64,000 bases of DNA from Candidatus Micrarchaeia archaeon (GCA_041653635.1 JBAZFC010000001.1:335426-399425), one strand, 5' to 3'; shown: positions 1-9,678, counted from the first letter of the stretch. Translations and numbers: made by a program. The notes: generated by a model not told the origin, from the sequence alone.

Positions 1-133
1 TCCGTAAGGCGGCCGTCGCCTCCCCCTATCTCGGTTACATCTTTTCCTTCTATTTGTGCGGCTTCGGCCTCAAACTCAAGAAGATATGGGCTGTTCAGGA
101 AATGCTGGCCGAGCTTTTTGCTCTTCCTTATCA

Positions 134-679
134 TCAACGGCCCCGCCTTATCTGGTCGTGGAATTCTACGCGCTTCAGGAACTCGCTGACCTTTATGCCC
201 ATGGAGAGCATTATCTTCACATACTCAAACCAGACGAGCCATGCGAGCAGGTAATGGACGTCTGGAGGGATTTCCGATTTCCTGGTCTGCCCCTTCGCCT
301 TGCCGTCACGTGAAGTCTCCATCCTTATGCCCTGGCAGGTCTCAGCGTCGTGTGAATTAGCCGGCTTGGAACGCGGGTTTGCGTCATGGGCAGGGGATGC
401 TATGACCTGGGCGCTTGGGCGCGCCTGCTCCTTGGGCGAATTGAGTGCCGGGATGGAGATTGCCTGCGCGTTCGTGTGCATTGCAATCGGCTCCTCCAGA
501 GGCTTCCTCCTGTCTGCTAACCGGATTACCTGCGCAAGCTGGGCATTTGTGCCGCCGCAGCGCGGCTCTTGCAACGGCTCTAGTCTCCTGCCCTGGAACG
601 GGATGATTTTTGCTGGGGGCCTTTCCTGCAGCGCAGTGGCTGTGCTGTAACGCAAATCTCTTGCAGCAGAAACCGCCAT
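134..679 (-). CDS. hypothetical protein (181 aa)
   Basis: ORF on same strand as and downstream of the RecJ-like/RadA genes; AT-rich TATA-like element (minus-strand reading of ~699-712) about 25 nt upstream of the ATG at 679; no recognisable motif; competing + strand ORFs 56..313 and 300..650 look less protein-like. Confidence 0.3.
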   Translation of the reverse strand: MAVSAARDLRYSTATALQERPPAKIIPFQGRRLEPLQEPRCGGTNAQLAQVIRLADRRKPLEEPIAMHTNAQAISIPALNSPKEQARPSAQVIASPAHDANPRSKPANSHDAETCQGIRMETSRDGKAKGQTRKSEIPPDVHYLLAWLVWFEYVKIMLSMGIKVSEFLKRVEFHDQIRRGR

Positions 680-730
680 GAGTGTATTTTCCGGGGAAGG
701 TATAAAAAGCTTATTATGCGCCGCACAACT

Positions 731-2056
731 CTACGGCTTTTGACGTAAAAAATCAGCAAGTGACGTAAGAAACAGGTTTAGGTTTTCTGAAGGGATATTC
801 GCGCCTGCGGCTATCTTGTGGCCGCCTCCCACTCCTCCGGATGCCTTCACTGCCGCAGCCATCGCATTTCCCAGGTTCAATCCGGCGTTTATCTGGGCGC
901 GGGTTCCCCTTGCGGATACTTTTATGGCTTTCCCGTCTTCTGAGGATGCGATGCCTATAATGGGCTTTGGGGAGCCGCCGATTGCCATGCCGCATACTAT
1001 GCCTACTATTGAATCCTCTATCTTATCGCGCGCATCCAGGAAAAGGAAGGGCCCGAAATCCACTATGGATTCCCTTGCGAAGAGGATTCCTTCGCGGATT
1101 CTAGTCTTGTGGAGGCGCAGGAGGTCGGATGCCTCTTTCTCGGCCCATTTTTCCCCGAGGCACACCGCTACTCCTATGTCCGGGCGGCCGTGCCTCCCGC
1201 ATGCGTTGAGCATGGTGGAGAATTCGGAGGCGTCGTATGTTTCGCTGGTCCTTTCTCTTTTTGTGAGGAGGTAGGATTCGCCCACCAGGTTTTGGGAGGC
1301 GTATGCACGCCCCTTTTCCACCAGTAGGTCGGTGAGGGCCGAAACAAGCTTCTTTTTCTCCGCAGCGTTCAGGTCAGAATATGTCCTCCATTTTTCCCCT
1401 TTTTGGACCGGGATTTGCAAATCTGCGAGAAACTTTTCAGTGTTCTGTTCGTTGAAGGAGAGGCCGGGGAGATACGGCTCGTCGGAGTATGCGAGGAACT
1501 GGATTATGGGGCGGGAATATCTTCCGAACATGCGCAGTTCGTTTGCCAATTCTATTTCTCCGCGCTCTTTTCCCTTTTCTATGAGGAGGCGGTTGGCTCC
1601 ACGAAGGGGGTATTGCATGTCGCCTATCGCGCCAACTACTCCGAGGTCGTAATGAGTATCAAATACAAGAGCGGCCGTGCCTGCGGCGCTCAATTCATCG
1701 CCGCCGTCTATTCCGTAAAGAAGGGGATTGATTTGGTGTTTTGTAACATCCTTGGTCTGGTGATGGTCTATTATGAGGACATCGTGCAATTCATTCACTC
1801 TTGGGTTTCCCCCGCCCAAATCAACGAAGATGATTTCCTTTTCATCTTTTAAGGAATCCAATTCCATGTCCCCTAATTTCTTTATGCATATCCTCCTGTG
1901 TTTTTTCCATCCAGCGCGGAAGGCGGATTCAACTATTGCTCCGGAACTTACTCCATCCGCGTCAAGATGATGGACGATGAGGGGATTGGAAAAAGAGAAG
2001 GCGATGCGCCGGGCTTCGGCGCACGCCCCTAAGAATGAAGAAAAATCAAAAGACAT
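731..2056 (-). CDS. DHH-family phosphoesterase, RecJ-like (archaeal RecJ/GAN-type nuclease)
   Basis: 441-aa ORF with DHH signature (LIIDHHQ), Gly-rich DHHA1-like C-terminal region; immediately downstream of radA. Confidence 0.7.
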   Translation of the reverse strand: MSFDFSSFLGACAEARRIAFSFSNPLIVHHLDADGVSSGAIVESAFRAGWKKHRRICIKKLGDMELDSLKDEKEIIFVDLGGGNPRVNELHDVLIIDHHQTKDVTKHQINPLLYGIDGGDELSAAGTAALVFDTHYDLGVVGAIGDMQYPLRGANRLLIEKGKERGEIELANELRMFGRYSRPIIQFLAYSDEPYLPGLSFNEQNTEKFLADLQIPVQKGEKWRTYSDLNAAEKKKLVSALTDLLVEKGRAYASQNLVGESYLLTKRERTSETYDASEFSTMLNACGRHGRPDIGVAVCLGEKWAEKEASDLLRLHKTRIREGILFARESIVDFGPFLFLDARDKIEDSIVGIVCGMAIGGSPKPIIGIASSEDGKAIKVSARGTRAQINAGLNLGNAMAAAVKASGGVGGGHKIAAGANIPSENLNLFLTSLADFLRQKP

Positions 2057-2058
2057 GG

Positions 2059-3039
2059 TTAATCTATCAGCCCGCCCTTGGTGACCTTGAAGACCGTCTC
2101 GCCTTCGGGCATGTTGGGCGAATCCACCAACCTTGCGATCCTCTTTTCCTCCTTGCTCTTGCGCAGGTAGAGGCGGTAGGTCGCGGCGTGGGCAAGGATG
2201 TGCCCTCCAATCGGCATGGTCGGGTCCCCGAAAAGAATCCCCGGGTTGTCCATGACCTGGTTGGTCACATAGATGGCCAGGTTGTACTTGTCCGCGTACC
2301 TCTGCAATGTGTGGATGTGCTTGTTCAGCTTCTGCTGCCTTTCGCCCAAGGCGCCCCTGCCGGCGTAATCGGCGCGGAAGTGGGAGGTGAGGGAGTCCAC
2401 TATTATCAGCTTAATGTTCTCCTTCTCAATCACGTTGCCGGCCTTTTCCACGAGAATCAGCTGGTGGTCCGAGTTCTCTGCCTTAGCAACGAGTATGTTC
2501 TTGAGGACTTCCTGCGGGTCCAGGCCCTGTGCCTCCGCAATCTGGACAATCCTCTCCGGGCGGAAGGTGCTCTCCGTGTCTATGAAGAGGACCTTTGCGG
2601 GCGTGTCGTTGGTCGCAAGCGCCTTCTGCGCATTCACCGCGAGCTGGAAGCCGACCTGGCTTTTTCCGGATGAGAACTTGCCGAAGCATTCCGTAATTGC
2701 CTGGGATTCAACGCCCCCTCCGATGAGGTCGTCAAGGTTCTTTGAGCCGGTTGGAATCCTCTTGATTTCCTTCCTGCGCTCCAGGATTGTGTCCGCGGTT
2801 TCGTAACCGGTTTCAACGGCCTCCTGCGCCACGGTGATCGCCTTTTTCGCGGCCTCCACCCCGAAATCGCCCGCCTCCGCGAGCTCGTGGGGCATTGCCG
2901 CCGCAATCTGGTCCATGCTCGTGTAGCCGGCCTTGCGCAGGCGCTCCGCCGTCGCTTCCCCTATTCCGGGAAGGTCCTCAAACTCCTTAGGGAGCTCATA
3001 TTTCTTCTCTGTTGTCTTCTCTGCCATAAGAACCACCAT
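2059..3039 (-). CDS. radA: DNA repair and recombination protein RadA (RecA/Rad51 family)
   Basis: 326-aa ORF, N-terminal HhH-like region (LPGIGEATAERLRKAGY), Walker A-like GKFSSGKSQ, Walker B-like LIIVDSL, typical RadA length; start may be the second Met (3027). Confidence 0.9.
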   Translation of the reverse strand: MVVLMAEKTTEKKYELPKEFEDLPGIGEATAERLRKAGYTSMDQIAAAMPHELAEAGDFGVEAAKKAITVAQEAVETGYETADTILERRKEIKRIPTGSKNLDDLIGGGVESQAITECFGKFSSGKSQVGFQLAVNAQKALATNDTPAKVLFIDTESTFRPERIVQIAEAQGLDPQEVLKNILVAKAENSDHQLILVEKAGNVIEKENIKLIIVDSLTSHFRADYAGRGALGERQQKLNKHIHTLQRYADKYNLAIYVTNQVMDNPGILFGDPTMPIGGHILAHAATYRLYLRKSKEEKRIARLVDSPNMPEGETVFKVTKGGLID

Positions 3040-3316
3040 CTCTGTCGTTCGGGAATACGAGCAGCCTGAGCTTCCCTATGCCCATGCTGTAATACACGTT
3101 TCCGTTCTTGCTTGTGCGCTTCCACATCCCGCCCACATTCTTGTATATCGTTTTGCCTTCCTTGTCCATTTCCGTCTGGACTATGCGGAAGTCCGGGCGC
3201 GCGCCCACGCTTTCGGTTGGCGCGGATTCCGATTCCTCAGAAGCAGGCTTCTTCCCTTTCTTGGGGTGCTCCTCTATTTCCTCAAATTCCTCCAATTTCT
3301 CTTCCATTTTCTTCAC
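2996..3316 (-). CDS. hypothetical small acidic/basic protein (106 aa)
   Basis: ORF overlapping the radA 5' end by ~30-44 nt; Glu/Lys-rich N-terminus and GGMWKRTSKNGNVYYSMGIGKLRL segment; family not confidently recognised. Confidence 0.35.
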   Translation of the reverse strand: MKKMEEKLEEFEEIEEHPKKGKKPASEESESAPTESVGARPDFRIVQTEMDKEGKTIYKNVGGMWKRTSKNGNVYYSMGIGKLRLLVFPNDRDGGSYGREDNREEI

Positions 3317-3432
3317 CTTTCCCAGAACCCCATATGTGTTCTGTTCTACATGTATATATATGGAGGGATATATTTAAAGCGGGGGAGACCTCTCCGCCAC
3401 TAATGCCAGTAATGGTTTCTATTCGGATAAAT

Positions 3433-4791
3433 CTATTTGAAGAACCACGGCAACAGGTTGGACAGGAAAGCCGCAAGGATTAGATACATCACGAAGTCCG
3501 TGAATTTCTTGTTATGGACGGACAACTCAAGAAGGCGCATCCCGTCAAAGAAGGGAAGCGGGAGGAGATTGACTACGCCTATGATGAAGTTGAGGGAGAA
3601 TGCGAGGACTAATGTCTTGAAGATGAATGACAATAGAGGGTTATTGTATATCGTGAATGGCGCGTAATCCATGGGCAGGTAGGAGATGCCGAAGCCTCCG
3701 GTTGCGTTGATGGTGCGCTGCACTTCTCCATAGTTCGTGGTCAGGTTGATTGTGGAGCTGGGCGCTGTGTAATTTTCCGGGAGGTTCTCCACCTGGATTC
3801 CGTTTATCGCATAGATTATTGTGCCGTTGTCCATCCCCTCCAGCACATACCAGCCGCTCTGCTTGAACGGGCCGGTCACTCCCAGGAAGATGAGGAGGAT
3901 GGCGAAGAAGACTATTGACGAAATTAAATTGGCGGTGGAGCCGGCGACCACCACTCTCTTCTGCACTTCTTTGGATTTGGTGGATAGGCGCTTCTCGTCC
4001 GGCTCAACGAACGCGCCGATTGGGATTATTCCGAAGAATGCCACTCCTGAGGAAAGGATGGGGATTTTTCCAATCACGGAAAGGACTGCGTGCGCGCCCT
4101 CATGCACCACTAGGATTATTATGAGCGCGGCCAGCCCCTCAAACAAAGGTATGTTTATGCCCGGAAGGATGAGTGTGAGGCCGGGTGCGGTTTCGGCTAT
4201 TGCGGTCGTGCCGAATATGAGCGTGGATACAACGGCGCTGATTACGGTGAAGGCGTAGATGAGCAGGGACGCGGTTATGAAGGAGGCGAAGCCGCCCAGA
4301 TAGACGATTGCAAGCACAATGTAGGCCAGCAGGTTGCTGCCCGCCTCGGCTGTGGCCGCCTTTCCGCCGCCTATGGGCATCCCCAGGGTGTAGGAAAGGA
4401 ACGGGAGTATCGTTGGATATACGAAGATGAGGAGGACGGTTATGGTGACTAATGCGGAGAAGATTATGAGGATTTTTTCCCTTACATTCCTCTTGATTAC
4501 GAAGAAGGAGAGCACACCGTAGGCGAGGGCGAGGCCGAAGTCCGCGAACAGGTTCCAGAATTTCTCCCTTTTTGCTAATTCCTTTGCGATGTCTATGCCC
4601 TTCTGCGTCCTGAGGAGGATTAGTCCCCAGTCGCTGTGGAGCTTAGCTATGCGGGAGATTACCTCCCCGGACAATGCAAGTATCGCGATGGAGGCCAGGA
4701 ATTTCAGCGTGGGCGGAAGCTCCGTCTGCACAATCGCCCATATGGCGATGGCTGTGAGGAGTATTACTGCGAACAGCTTCACTTGCTTCAT
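3433..4791 (-). CDS. site-2 protease family (M50) zinc metalloprotease, multi-TM
   Basis: 452-aa polytopic membrane protein with HEGAHA (HExxH) inside a TM segment and C-terminal NLLPLPFFDGMRL (M50 LDG-type motif). Confidence 0.7.
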   Translation of the reverse strand: MKQVKLFAVILLTAIAIWAIVQTELPPTLKFLASIAILALSGEVISRIAKLHSDWGLILLRTQKGIDIAKELAKREKFWNLFADFGLALAYGVLSFFVIKRNVREKILIIFSALVTITVLLIFVYPTILPFLSYTLGMPIGGGKAATAEAGSNLLAYIVLAIVYLGGFASFITASLLIYAFTVISAVVSTLIFGTTAIAETAPGLTLILPGINIPLFEGLAALIIILVVHEGAHAVLSVIGKIPILSSGVAFFGIIPIGAFVEPDEKRLSTKSKEVQKRVVVAGSTANLISSIVFFAILLIFLGVTGPFKQSGWYVLEGMDNGTIIYAINGIQVENLPENYTAPSSTINLTTNYGEVQRTINATGGFGISYLPMDYAPFTIYNNPLLSFIFKTLVLAFSLNFIIGVVNLLPLPFFDGMRLLELSVHNKKFTDFVMYLILAAFLSNLLPWFFK

Positions 4792-4854
4792 TGGGGTGGA
4801 TTTGGGGAAAGGGGATTAAAACACTTTATGTTTTGGTTTGGGGATTTCCTGCAT

Positions 4855-4877
4855 GGATTAAAAGAATAACTGGGAAA
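4855..4877 (+). promoter_or_regulatory. promoter-like motif GGATTAAAAGAATAACTGGGAAA upstream of ORF 4885..5403
   Basis: A/T-rich TATA-like core ~20-27 nt upstream of the ATG; 22/23 identical to 5395..5417. Confidence 0.45.
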
Positions 4878-4884
4878 GGTGCGC

Positions 4885-5403
4885 ATGCAAAGGCAGGATG
4901 TGAAGCCGGAGGCTGGGGTGGCTTCGCAGAGAAGCGGATTCGCTTCCGCGGGCCCTATCGCGGCGGGCATGAGGGTGGTGCAAGCACGCTGCAGGAGAAT
5001 CCTTTTTGTGACCCAGGATCCGAACTTTGAGAGGGGCGGCTTGGAATTTGCGGACATACGATGCGTTCCAGCGAAGGTTACAAACTTTGAGCGTGCATTG
5101 TGGGAAGTGGAAAAGGCAAAGGGGGACGGGCTGGTTGTGGTCGTTGATTGCGCTGATTTTGAGCGGGGGCTCTGGATGTGGAGGCGGGCCACGGAGCTGG
5201 GCGCGTATGTGATTGCCCTGACAAATCCCGGGCTTACCCCTGAGCAGAAGGGGAGATTGCGCGAGGTTGAAGCCGGGCCGATTTTTTTCGCAAGGAGTTT
5301 TGATGGCGGCAGGGATGTGGGATCTGATTTGGATATCGTGCTGCAGTATCTGGGGCCTGATGCCGCATTACAGGCACTCGCGAGGTTCCGAAAGGGATTA
5401 TAA
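4885..5403 (+). CDS. hypothetical protein
   Basis: ORF (track starts at GTG 4879; first ATG 4885) preceded by promoter-like motif GGATTAAAAGAATAACTGGGAAA; the antisense ORF 4788..5468 is Ser/Pro-rich and looks non-coding. Confidence 0.4.
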   Translation: MQRQDVKPEAGVASQRSGFASAGPIAAGMRVVQARCRRILFVTQDPNFERGGLEFADIRCVPAKVTNFERALWEVEKAKGDGLVVVVDCADFERGLWMWRRATELGAYVIALTNPGLTPEQKGRLREVEAGPIFFARSFDGGRDVGSDLDIVLQYLGPDAALQALARFRKGL

Positions 5404-5417
5404 GAATAACTGGGAAA
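5395..5417 (+). promoter_or_regulatory. promoter-like motif GGATTATAAGAATAACTGGGAAA upstream of the MBF1-like gene
   Basis: Second copy; contains the TAA stop of the upstream gene; ATG 8 nt downstream. Confidence 0.45.
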
Positions 5418-5424
5418 TCTGCTT

Positions 5425-5970
5425 ATGGTTGATTGCGACATCTGCGGAAGGAAAGGGGTTTCTTTCATAATAGCGGTGGAGGGCGCGAAGATGGCGGTGT
5501 GCCCCCGCTGCGCCTACCACGGGAAGATACTGCACTCTTTGGAGGGCGGGGAGGGCGAGCATGAGGAATCCCCAGCCAACAAGATTGATTATTCCACGCC
5601 AAAGCAATTCAGGACAGAAGAAGATATAGTGGATGGGTACGGGCGCAGGATTAGGAGGGCGCGGGAGGCCGTGAAGATTTCTTATGAGGAAGTGAATGAG
5701 TACGGGAAGAAGGAGAAGAAGACGCGCGGCATGACGATTGACGAGCTGGCGCGCAAGGCGAATGTGATGGCGTCCTGGCTGGACAGGGTGGAGAATGAGA
5801 GGATTTCGCCTACGATTGCGGAGGCGAAGAAATTGGAGAAGGCGCTTGGGATAAAATTGGTGGAGAAGATTGAGGTTTCGGTTACGCCTACGCTTAAACT
5901 GGGGGGAAGGAATACTGAGCTTACTTTGTTTGACATGGTTGAGATGCAGAAGAAAAAGAAGGAGAAATAA
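5425..5970 (+). CDS. MBF1-like transcriptional regulator (N-terminal zinc ribbon + C-terminal HTH XRE domain)
   Basis: CDICGRKG...CPRCAYHG zinc ribbon followed by TIDELARKANVMASWLDRVENERISPTIAEAKKLEKALGIKL helix-turn-helix; archaeal MBF1 architecture. Confidence 0.65.
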   Translation: MVDCDICGRKGVSFIIAVEGAKMAVCPRCAYHGKILHSLEGGEGEHEESPANKIDYSTPKQFRTEEDIVDGYGRRIRRAREAVKISYEEVNEYGKKEKKTRGMTIDELARKANVMASWLDRVENERISPTIAEAKKLEKALGIKLVEKIEVSVTPTLKLGGRNTELTLFDMVEMQKKKKEK

Positions 5971-7007
5971 TGGGAGTTGATTTGGGCGACCTTGCGGTGA
6001 AGCACAAGGTTGAATTGGAGGAGCTTGCGGGAAAGTGCATAGCGGTAGATGGGATGAATATCCTCTACCAATTCCTTGCGTCCATACGGCAGGAGGACGG
6101 GACGCCCTTAATGGATATGAAGGGACGGGTGACCGGGCATTTATCCGGGTTGTTTTATCGGAGCATTCGGCTTGTTAATGCGGGGCTCAAGCCGGTTTAT
6201 GTGTTTGATGGGCCGCCTCCGGAACTAAAGAGGAAAACTATTGATGAGAGAATAGAGATACGCAGGGAGGCGGAGGAGAAGTGGAAAAAAGCGCTGGCGG
6301 AGGAAAAAGTGGAGGAGGCGAAGAGGTACGCGCAGGGAAGCTCCCGCCTCACTAAAGAGATGGTGGATGAGAGCAAGAGGCTGCTCTCGCTTATGGGGAT
6401 TCCGTGGGTGCAGGCGCCAAGTGAAGGGGAGGCGCAGGGCGCGTACATGGTGAGGGAGGGACTCTGCTATGCTTCTGCGTCGCAGGATTATGATTCACTT
6501 CTTTTCGGTTCTCCTATTTTCCTGAGGAACTTATCCATTACTGGAAAAAGGAAAGTGCCGAAGCAGAACAGGTATATTGATATTGAAATTGAGCGCGTGG
6601 AATTGGAGGAGACGCTGAAGCACCTGGGGGTTACAAGAGAACAATTGATTTTGATTGGGATCCTTATGGGCACGGACTTCAACGAGGGGGTGCGTGGGAT
6701 TGGGCCCAAGACCGGATTGAAAATAGTGAAGGAGCGGGATACGCTGGAGAAGGTGGGGGCGTATCTGAAAAAGGAGAAGGAGTACGAGTTTCCGGAGGAT
6801 GTGGAAAAGGTCTATGATTTCTTCCTGAACCCGCCTGTGAAGAAGCTGGAGGAGATTACTTGGGGAAAGGCGAGCAGGGAAGGAGTGATTGGGCTGCTTG
6901 TGGATGAGCACGACTTCTCGTTGGAGAGGGTGGATAAGGCGCTGGAAGGGATGATGGTGAATGTGAAGGAGACGAGGAACCAAAGAACGTTGGATAAGTG
7001 GTTTTGA
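5970..7007 (+). CDS. fen: flap endonuclease 1 (FEN1)
   Basis: 345-aa ORF; N-terminal XPG-N region (CIAVDGMNILYQFL), acidic catalytic cluster, H3TH-like region (GTDFNEGVRGIGPKTGLKIV), C-terminal PCNA-interaction-like tail; start codon overlaps upstream stop. Confidence 0.9.
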   Translation: MGVDLGDLAVKHKVELEELAGKCIAVDGMNILYQFLASIRQEDGTPLMDMKGRVTGHLSGLFYRSIRLVNAGLKPVYVFDGPPPELKRKTIDERIEIRREAEEKWKKALAEEKVEEAKRYAQGSSRLTKEMVDESKRLLSLMGIPWVQAPSEGEAQGAYMVREGLCYASASQDYDSLLFGSPIFLRNLSITGKRKVPKQNRYIDIEIERVELEETLKHLGVTREQLILIGILMGTDFNEGVRGIGPKTGLKIVKERDTLEKVGAYLKKEKEYEFPEDVEKVYDFFLNPPVKKLEEITWGKASREGVIGLLVDEHDFSLERVDKALEGMMVNVKETRNQRTLDKWF

Positions 7008-7634
7008 TTAGATGTAGATTTTGAGGTATTTGGCTATTTTTCTCTTTAGTAAAGACGTCCTTTTTCCGACGATTTTTGCATTCTTCAGGGCCTTAAGCAG
7101 GGGCTTGGGCTGGAGCTGGTCTTCGGAAAGGTCTAATTCCGTATAAGTGGTCCCAAATTCGTAAGGGTAATGGGAATCGCTTCCCGCTGCCATTAGTTTC
7201 CCTTCCCTTTTGGCGAACTCTTCGGCTTTTTTGTCAAATCTCTCCAAAGAACGGGCGTTGAATACTTCTATTATGTCCGAAGCTTTTCCGTACTCTTCCT
7301 TCATTATTCCGGGGCGGAGCGCATCAAACATGTGCGGGGCGTAGGGAATTGCCCCCTGCGCGCGGAAGGAGTCGAGCGCCTCAAAGAAATCCACTCCCTT
7401 TTTCACCGGCTCATTTACGAAGAGTCCGATGAAGTCGCCCTGGGCGGTCTCTATCTCTTCCCCGGGAATAAAGGGGATACGGAATTTGCGGAATTCCGCG
7501 TGCGCACTTATGTTGTTGTGGTCTGTGATTGCTGGGATTACCCCTGTTTTTTTGGAGAGGGCGGCGAGCTGCCCGGGGGGTATCCTTCCGTCAGAAGAAT
7601 GGGAGGTATGCACGTGGAAGTCAATCCTTAGCAA
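7008..7634 (-). CDS. PHP-domain metal-dependent phosphoesterase
   Basis: N-terminal IDFHVHTSHSSDG motif typical of PHP (polymerase/histidinol phosphatase) domain; 208 aa. Confidence 0.7.
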   Translation of the reverse strand: MLRIDFHVHTSHSSDGRIPPGQLAALSKKTGVIPAITDHNNISAHAEFRKFRIPFIPGEEIETAQGDFIGLFVNEPVKKGVDFFEALDSFRAQGAIPYAPHMFDALRPGIMKEEYGKASDIIEVFNARSLERFDKKAEEFAKREGKLMAAGSDSHYPYEFGTTYTELDLSEDQLQPKPLLKALKNAKIVGKRTSLLKRKIAKYLKIYI

Positions 7635-7905
7635 CCAGGCACCCCTTTTTATCCAATAAGGCGAGCATTTCCTTGAGCAGGACCTTTGCCTCGGCTGATT
7701 CCGCGTCCTTTACTACTATTTTTCCGCTCTGGTATAAAGAGAAGGGCTTTCCCTTGTATGCGACGGAGAGGAAGACCTCGGTGAGGGCGAGGATGTCCGC
7801 TTCGGGAGGAAGGGACTGCTCCGCCTTCTTCAGCTCTATGGTGCCGCGCATGCGCAGCTCGCATGTTTTCGCAGTCACGCACGGTGAAAGGATGATGTAT
7901 TCCAT
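7621..7905 (-). CDS. hypothetical small protein (94 aa)
   Basis: ORF in same-strand string of genes; no recognised motif. Confidence 0.35.
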   Translation of the reverse strand: MEYIILSPCVTAKTCELRMRGTIELKKAEQSLPPEADILALTEVFLSVAYKGKPFSLYQSGKIVVKDAESAEAKVLLKEMLALLDKKGCLVAKD

Positions 7906-7951
7906 AGATGCACTTCTTTTGGATATGGTGCGAATTGGATTAAAAATCCCC

Positions 7952-8515
7952 CTATTCTTTGGAAAGGTTCTTGAAAAAAGCGAGGAGGGACGCCTGGTTG
8001 TTGCCCGAGAATTTGGTGTAGAGCATCAGGCGGCTGAATACGCGGGGCGGGACGCTGTCCACGAGGTCCTCGGCCTTCACCCCGGCATTCTCCTCCACGA
8101 AGCTGATTACCCTCTGCATGTCCTTGGAGGGGGCGCGGCTCTTTTTCATTGAGTATGCTGGGGGGCTTGAGGACTGGATGCTGGAAACCTGGGGCTGGGC
8201 GCTTGCTGGCTTCGCCGCCCTTCCGGATGAGCCGTTGTTTATTGCGCTGACGAGGTCGTGCCCGAGGACGACCATCTTCTCATAAGCCTTCATCCTGTCC
8301 TTTAGGTTTAAAGTGAAAATCTGCGAGAAATCTCCGTTGTGTTGGGAGCGTATGTGGGGAACGTAGGTCCAGATTATCTGCTCCCTGTGGTTCTGCGGGA
8401 GCGCCTGGTAATGGTGGGGCAGCATGGGCACTGGGAATTGCGGTGCGGAGGGGAAGCCGGTTTGCTCCTTCTGGCTCTCCTCCTGCGAACGGGTGTTCTC
8501 GTACCTCAGTATCAT
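7952..8515 (-). CDS. hypothetical protein (187 aa)
   Basis: ORF co-directional with neighbours; Ser/Pro-rich linker in the middle; overlapping + strand ORF 7529..8152 looks like a shadow frame. Confidence 0.35.
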   Translation of the reverse strand: MILRYENTRSQEESQKEQTGFPSAPQFPVPMLPHHYQALPQNHREQIIWTYVPHIRSQHNGDFSQIFTLNLKDRMKAYEKMVVLGHDLVSAINNGSSGRAAKPASAQPQVSSIQSSSPPAYSMKKSRAPSKDMQRVISFVEENAGVKAEDLVDSVPPRVFSRLMLYTKFSGNNQASLLAFFKNLSKE

Positions 8516-8552
8516 GTCGCCACAGTGCAGTTAAAGGTCTAACTTATGTTGT

Positions 8553-9635
8553 TTAAATAGTTTTCTGTCTGGAGAACGGGGCGGACACGGCGTGCATGAG
8601 CAGGGAACTGTCCAGTATGTGGCTTGGCTTGTCCATCTGCTGCTTCTTCGCCAGGTACTCGTCCATTCCGAAAAATGAGAGGAGATTGCCGGCGTGCCTT
8701 ATGCCGGAATCCGGGAGCATTCCATAGAATAAATGGGCGAAGCGGTGCATGCGCAGATCCTTATGGTATAAGGAGCGCCACTCCTTTTCGTATTTTTCAG
8801 GATGGGTGGCGTGCCTGCCCGCGAGCCTTGCGCAGGAGGTGCCGAAATAGACTCCTCCGCCTGTGGTGGATTTCACCTGGCCTGCGGCGTCCCCTGCGAG
8901 GAGGACTGTTTTGCCTCCTTTACGGAGGGAGGTTTTCCTCCTACATTCAAGCGGGATGAGGGCGAAATGGATTCTCCCTTCGGGCTGGAAGCCGGTGAGC
9001 TTTGAGAGTGCCTGTATGGAGGGAAGGGGATTGCCGGGAAGGATGACGCCCGTGCCCATCTCAGCCGTTTCCTCGTCATGGGGGATTAGCCAGCTGAAAA
9101 AACCGGGTGAGAGCTTGTTGGAGAGCCACGCGCGGATGAAATCAGGGTTTTCGCCATCATACTTTACTGCGCAGCGGGCGGTTATGGCGAACCTCTTCAT
9201 CTTGGGGAAACGGAAGCGCCTTGCGACTGAGGAAGTGGGGCCGTCCGCGCCTATTATGCATTCGCCGCGGAACTTTGAGGAAATCCTTTCCCCGCAGGTG
9301 AGCTTCGCCCCTTCGGATTCCGCCTTTTTCGCGAGCGCGGAGTCGAACGAAGCGCGGTCTATCACATAGGCGACGGGCTTCTTTGCATCTATGGTAATCT
9401 CGTGTCCGGCGAAATCAATGATTGCGCCGTGCATAGGGCGGATTGCATGCCTCCTGTAATCTATTATGTCGGAGAGGGACTTGAGGCCGTCCATAGAAAT
9501 GAGGCCCGAGCAGTCCGTGGGCAGGCCGGGGACTAAATGTTCCTCGCTTATTTCCACGTTGTGGCCTTCGCGCAGTGCGGAGATTGCGGCGACGGAGCCG
9601 GCTGGGCCTGCGCCGATGACGTGGACTGAATTCAT
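8553..9635 (-). CDS. FAD-dependent oxidoreductase, geranylgeranyl reductase family
   Basis: Dinucleotide-binding fingerprint VHVIGAGPAGS near the likely true start (Met 33 of the track ORF 8553..9731), IGADG and GDAAG motifs typical of GGR-type flavoproteins. Confidence 0.7.
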   Translation of the reverse strand: MNSVHVIGAGPAGSVAAISALREGHNVEISEEHLVPGLPTDCSGLISMDGLKSLSDIIDYRRHAIRPMHGAIIDFAGHEITIDAKKPVAYVIDRASFDSALAKKAESEGAKLTCGERISSKFRGECIIGADGPTSSVARRFRFPKMKRFAITARCAVKYDGENPDFIRAWLSNKLSPGFFSWLIPHDEETAEMGTGVILPGNPLPSIQALSKLTGFQPEGRIHFALIPLECRRKTSLRKGGKTVLLAGDAAGQVKSTTGGGVYFGTSCARLAGRHATHPEKYEKEWRSLYHKDLRMHRFAHLFYGMLPDSGIRHAGNLLSFFGMDEYLAKKQQMDKPSHILDSSLLMHAVSAPFSRQKTI

Positions 9636-9678
9636 TGTGTGGATTACTGCAAAAGGGTTAATAAAAACGAGACCGGGG

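Noticed and set aside
816-1852. Plus-strand ORFs 816..1274, 1109..1327, 1332..1652, 1403..1852 inside the RecJ-like gene
   Set aside because: Antisense shadow frames in a GC-rich gene; low-complexity Ser/Pro/Arg-rich translations and no motifs, while the minus-strand frame carries the DHH signature.
4788-5468. Minus-strand 226-aa ORF overlapping the hypothetical gene 4885..5403
   Set aside because: Ser/Pro/Ala-rich, no start context; the + strand ORF has a promoter-like motif and more protein-like composition.
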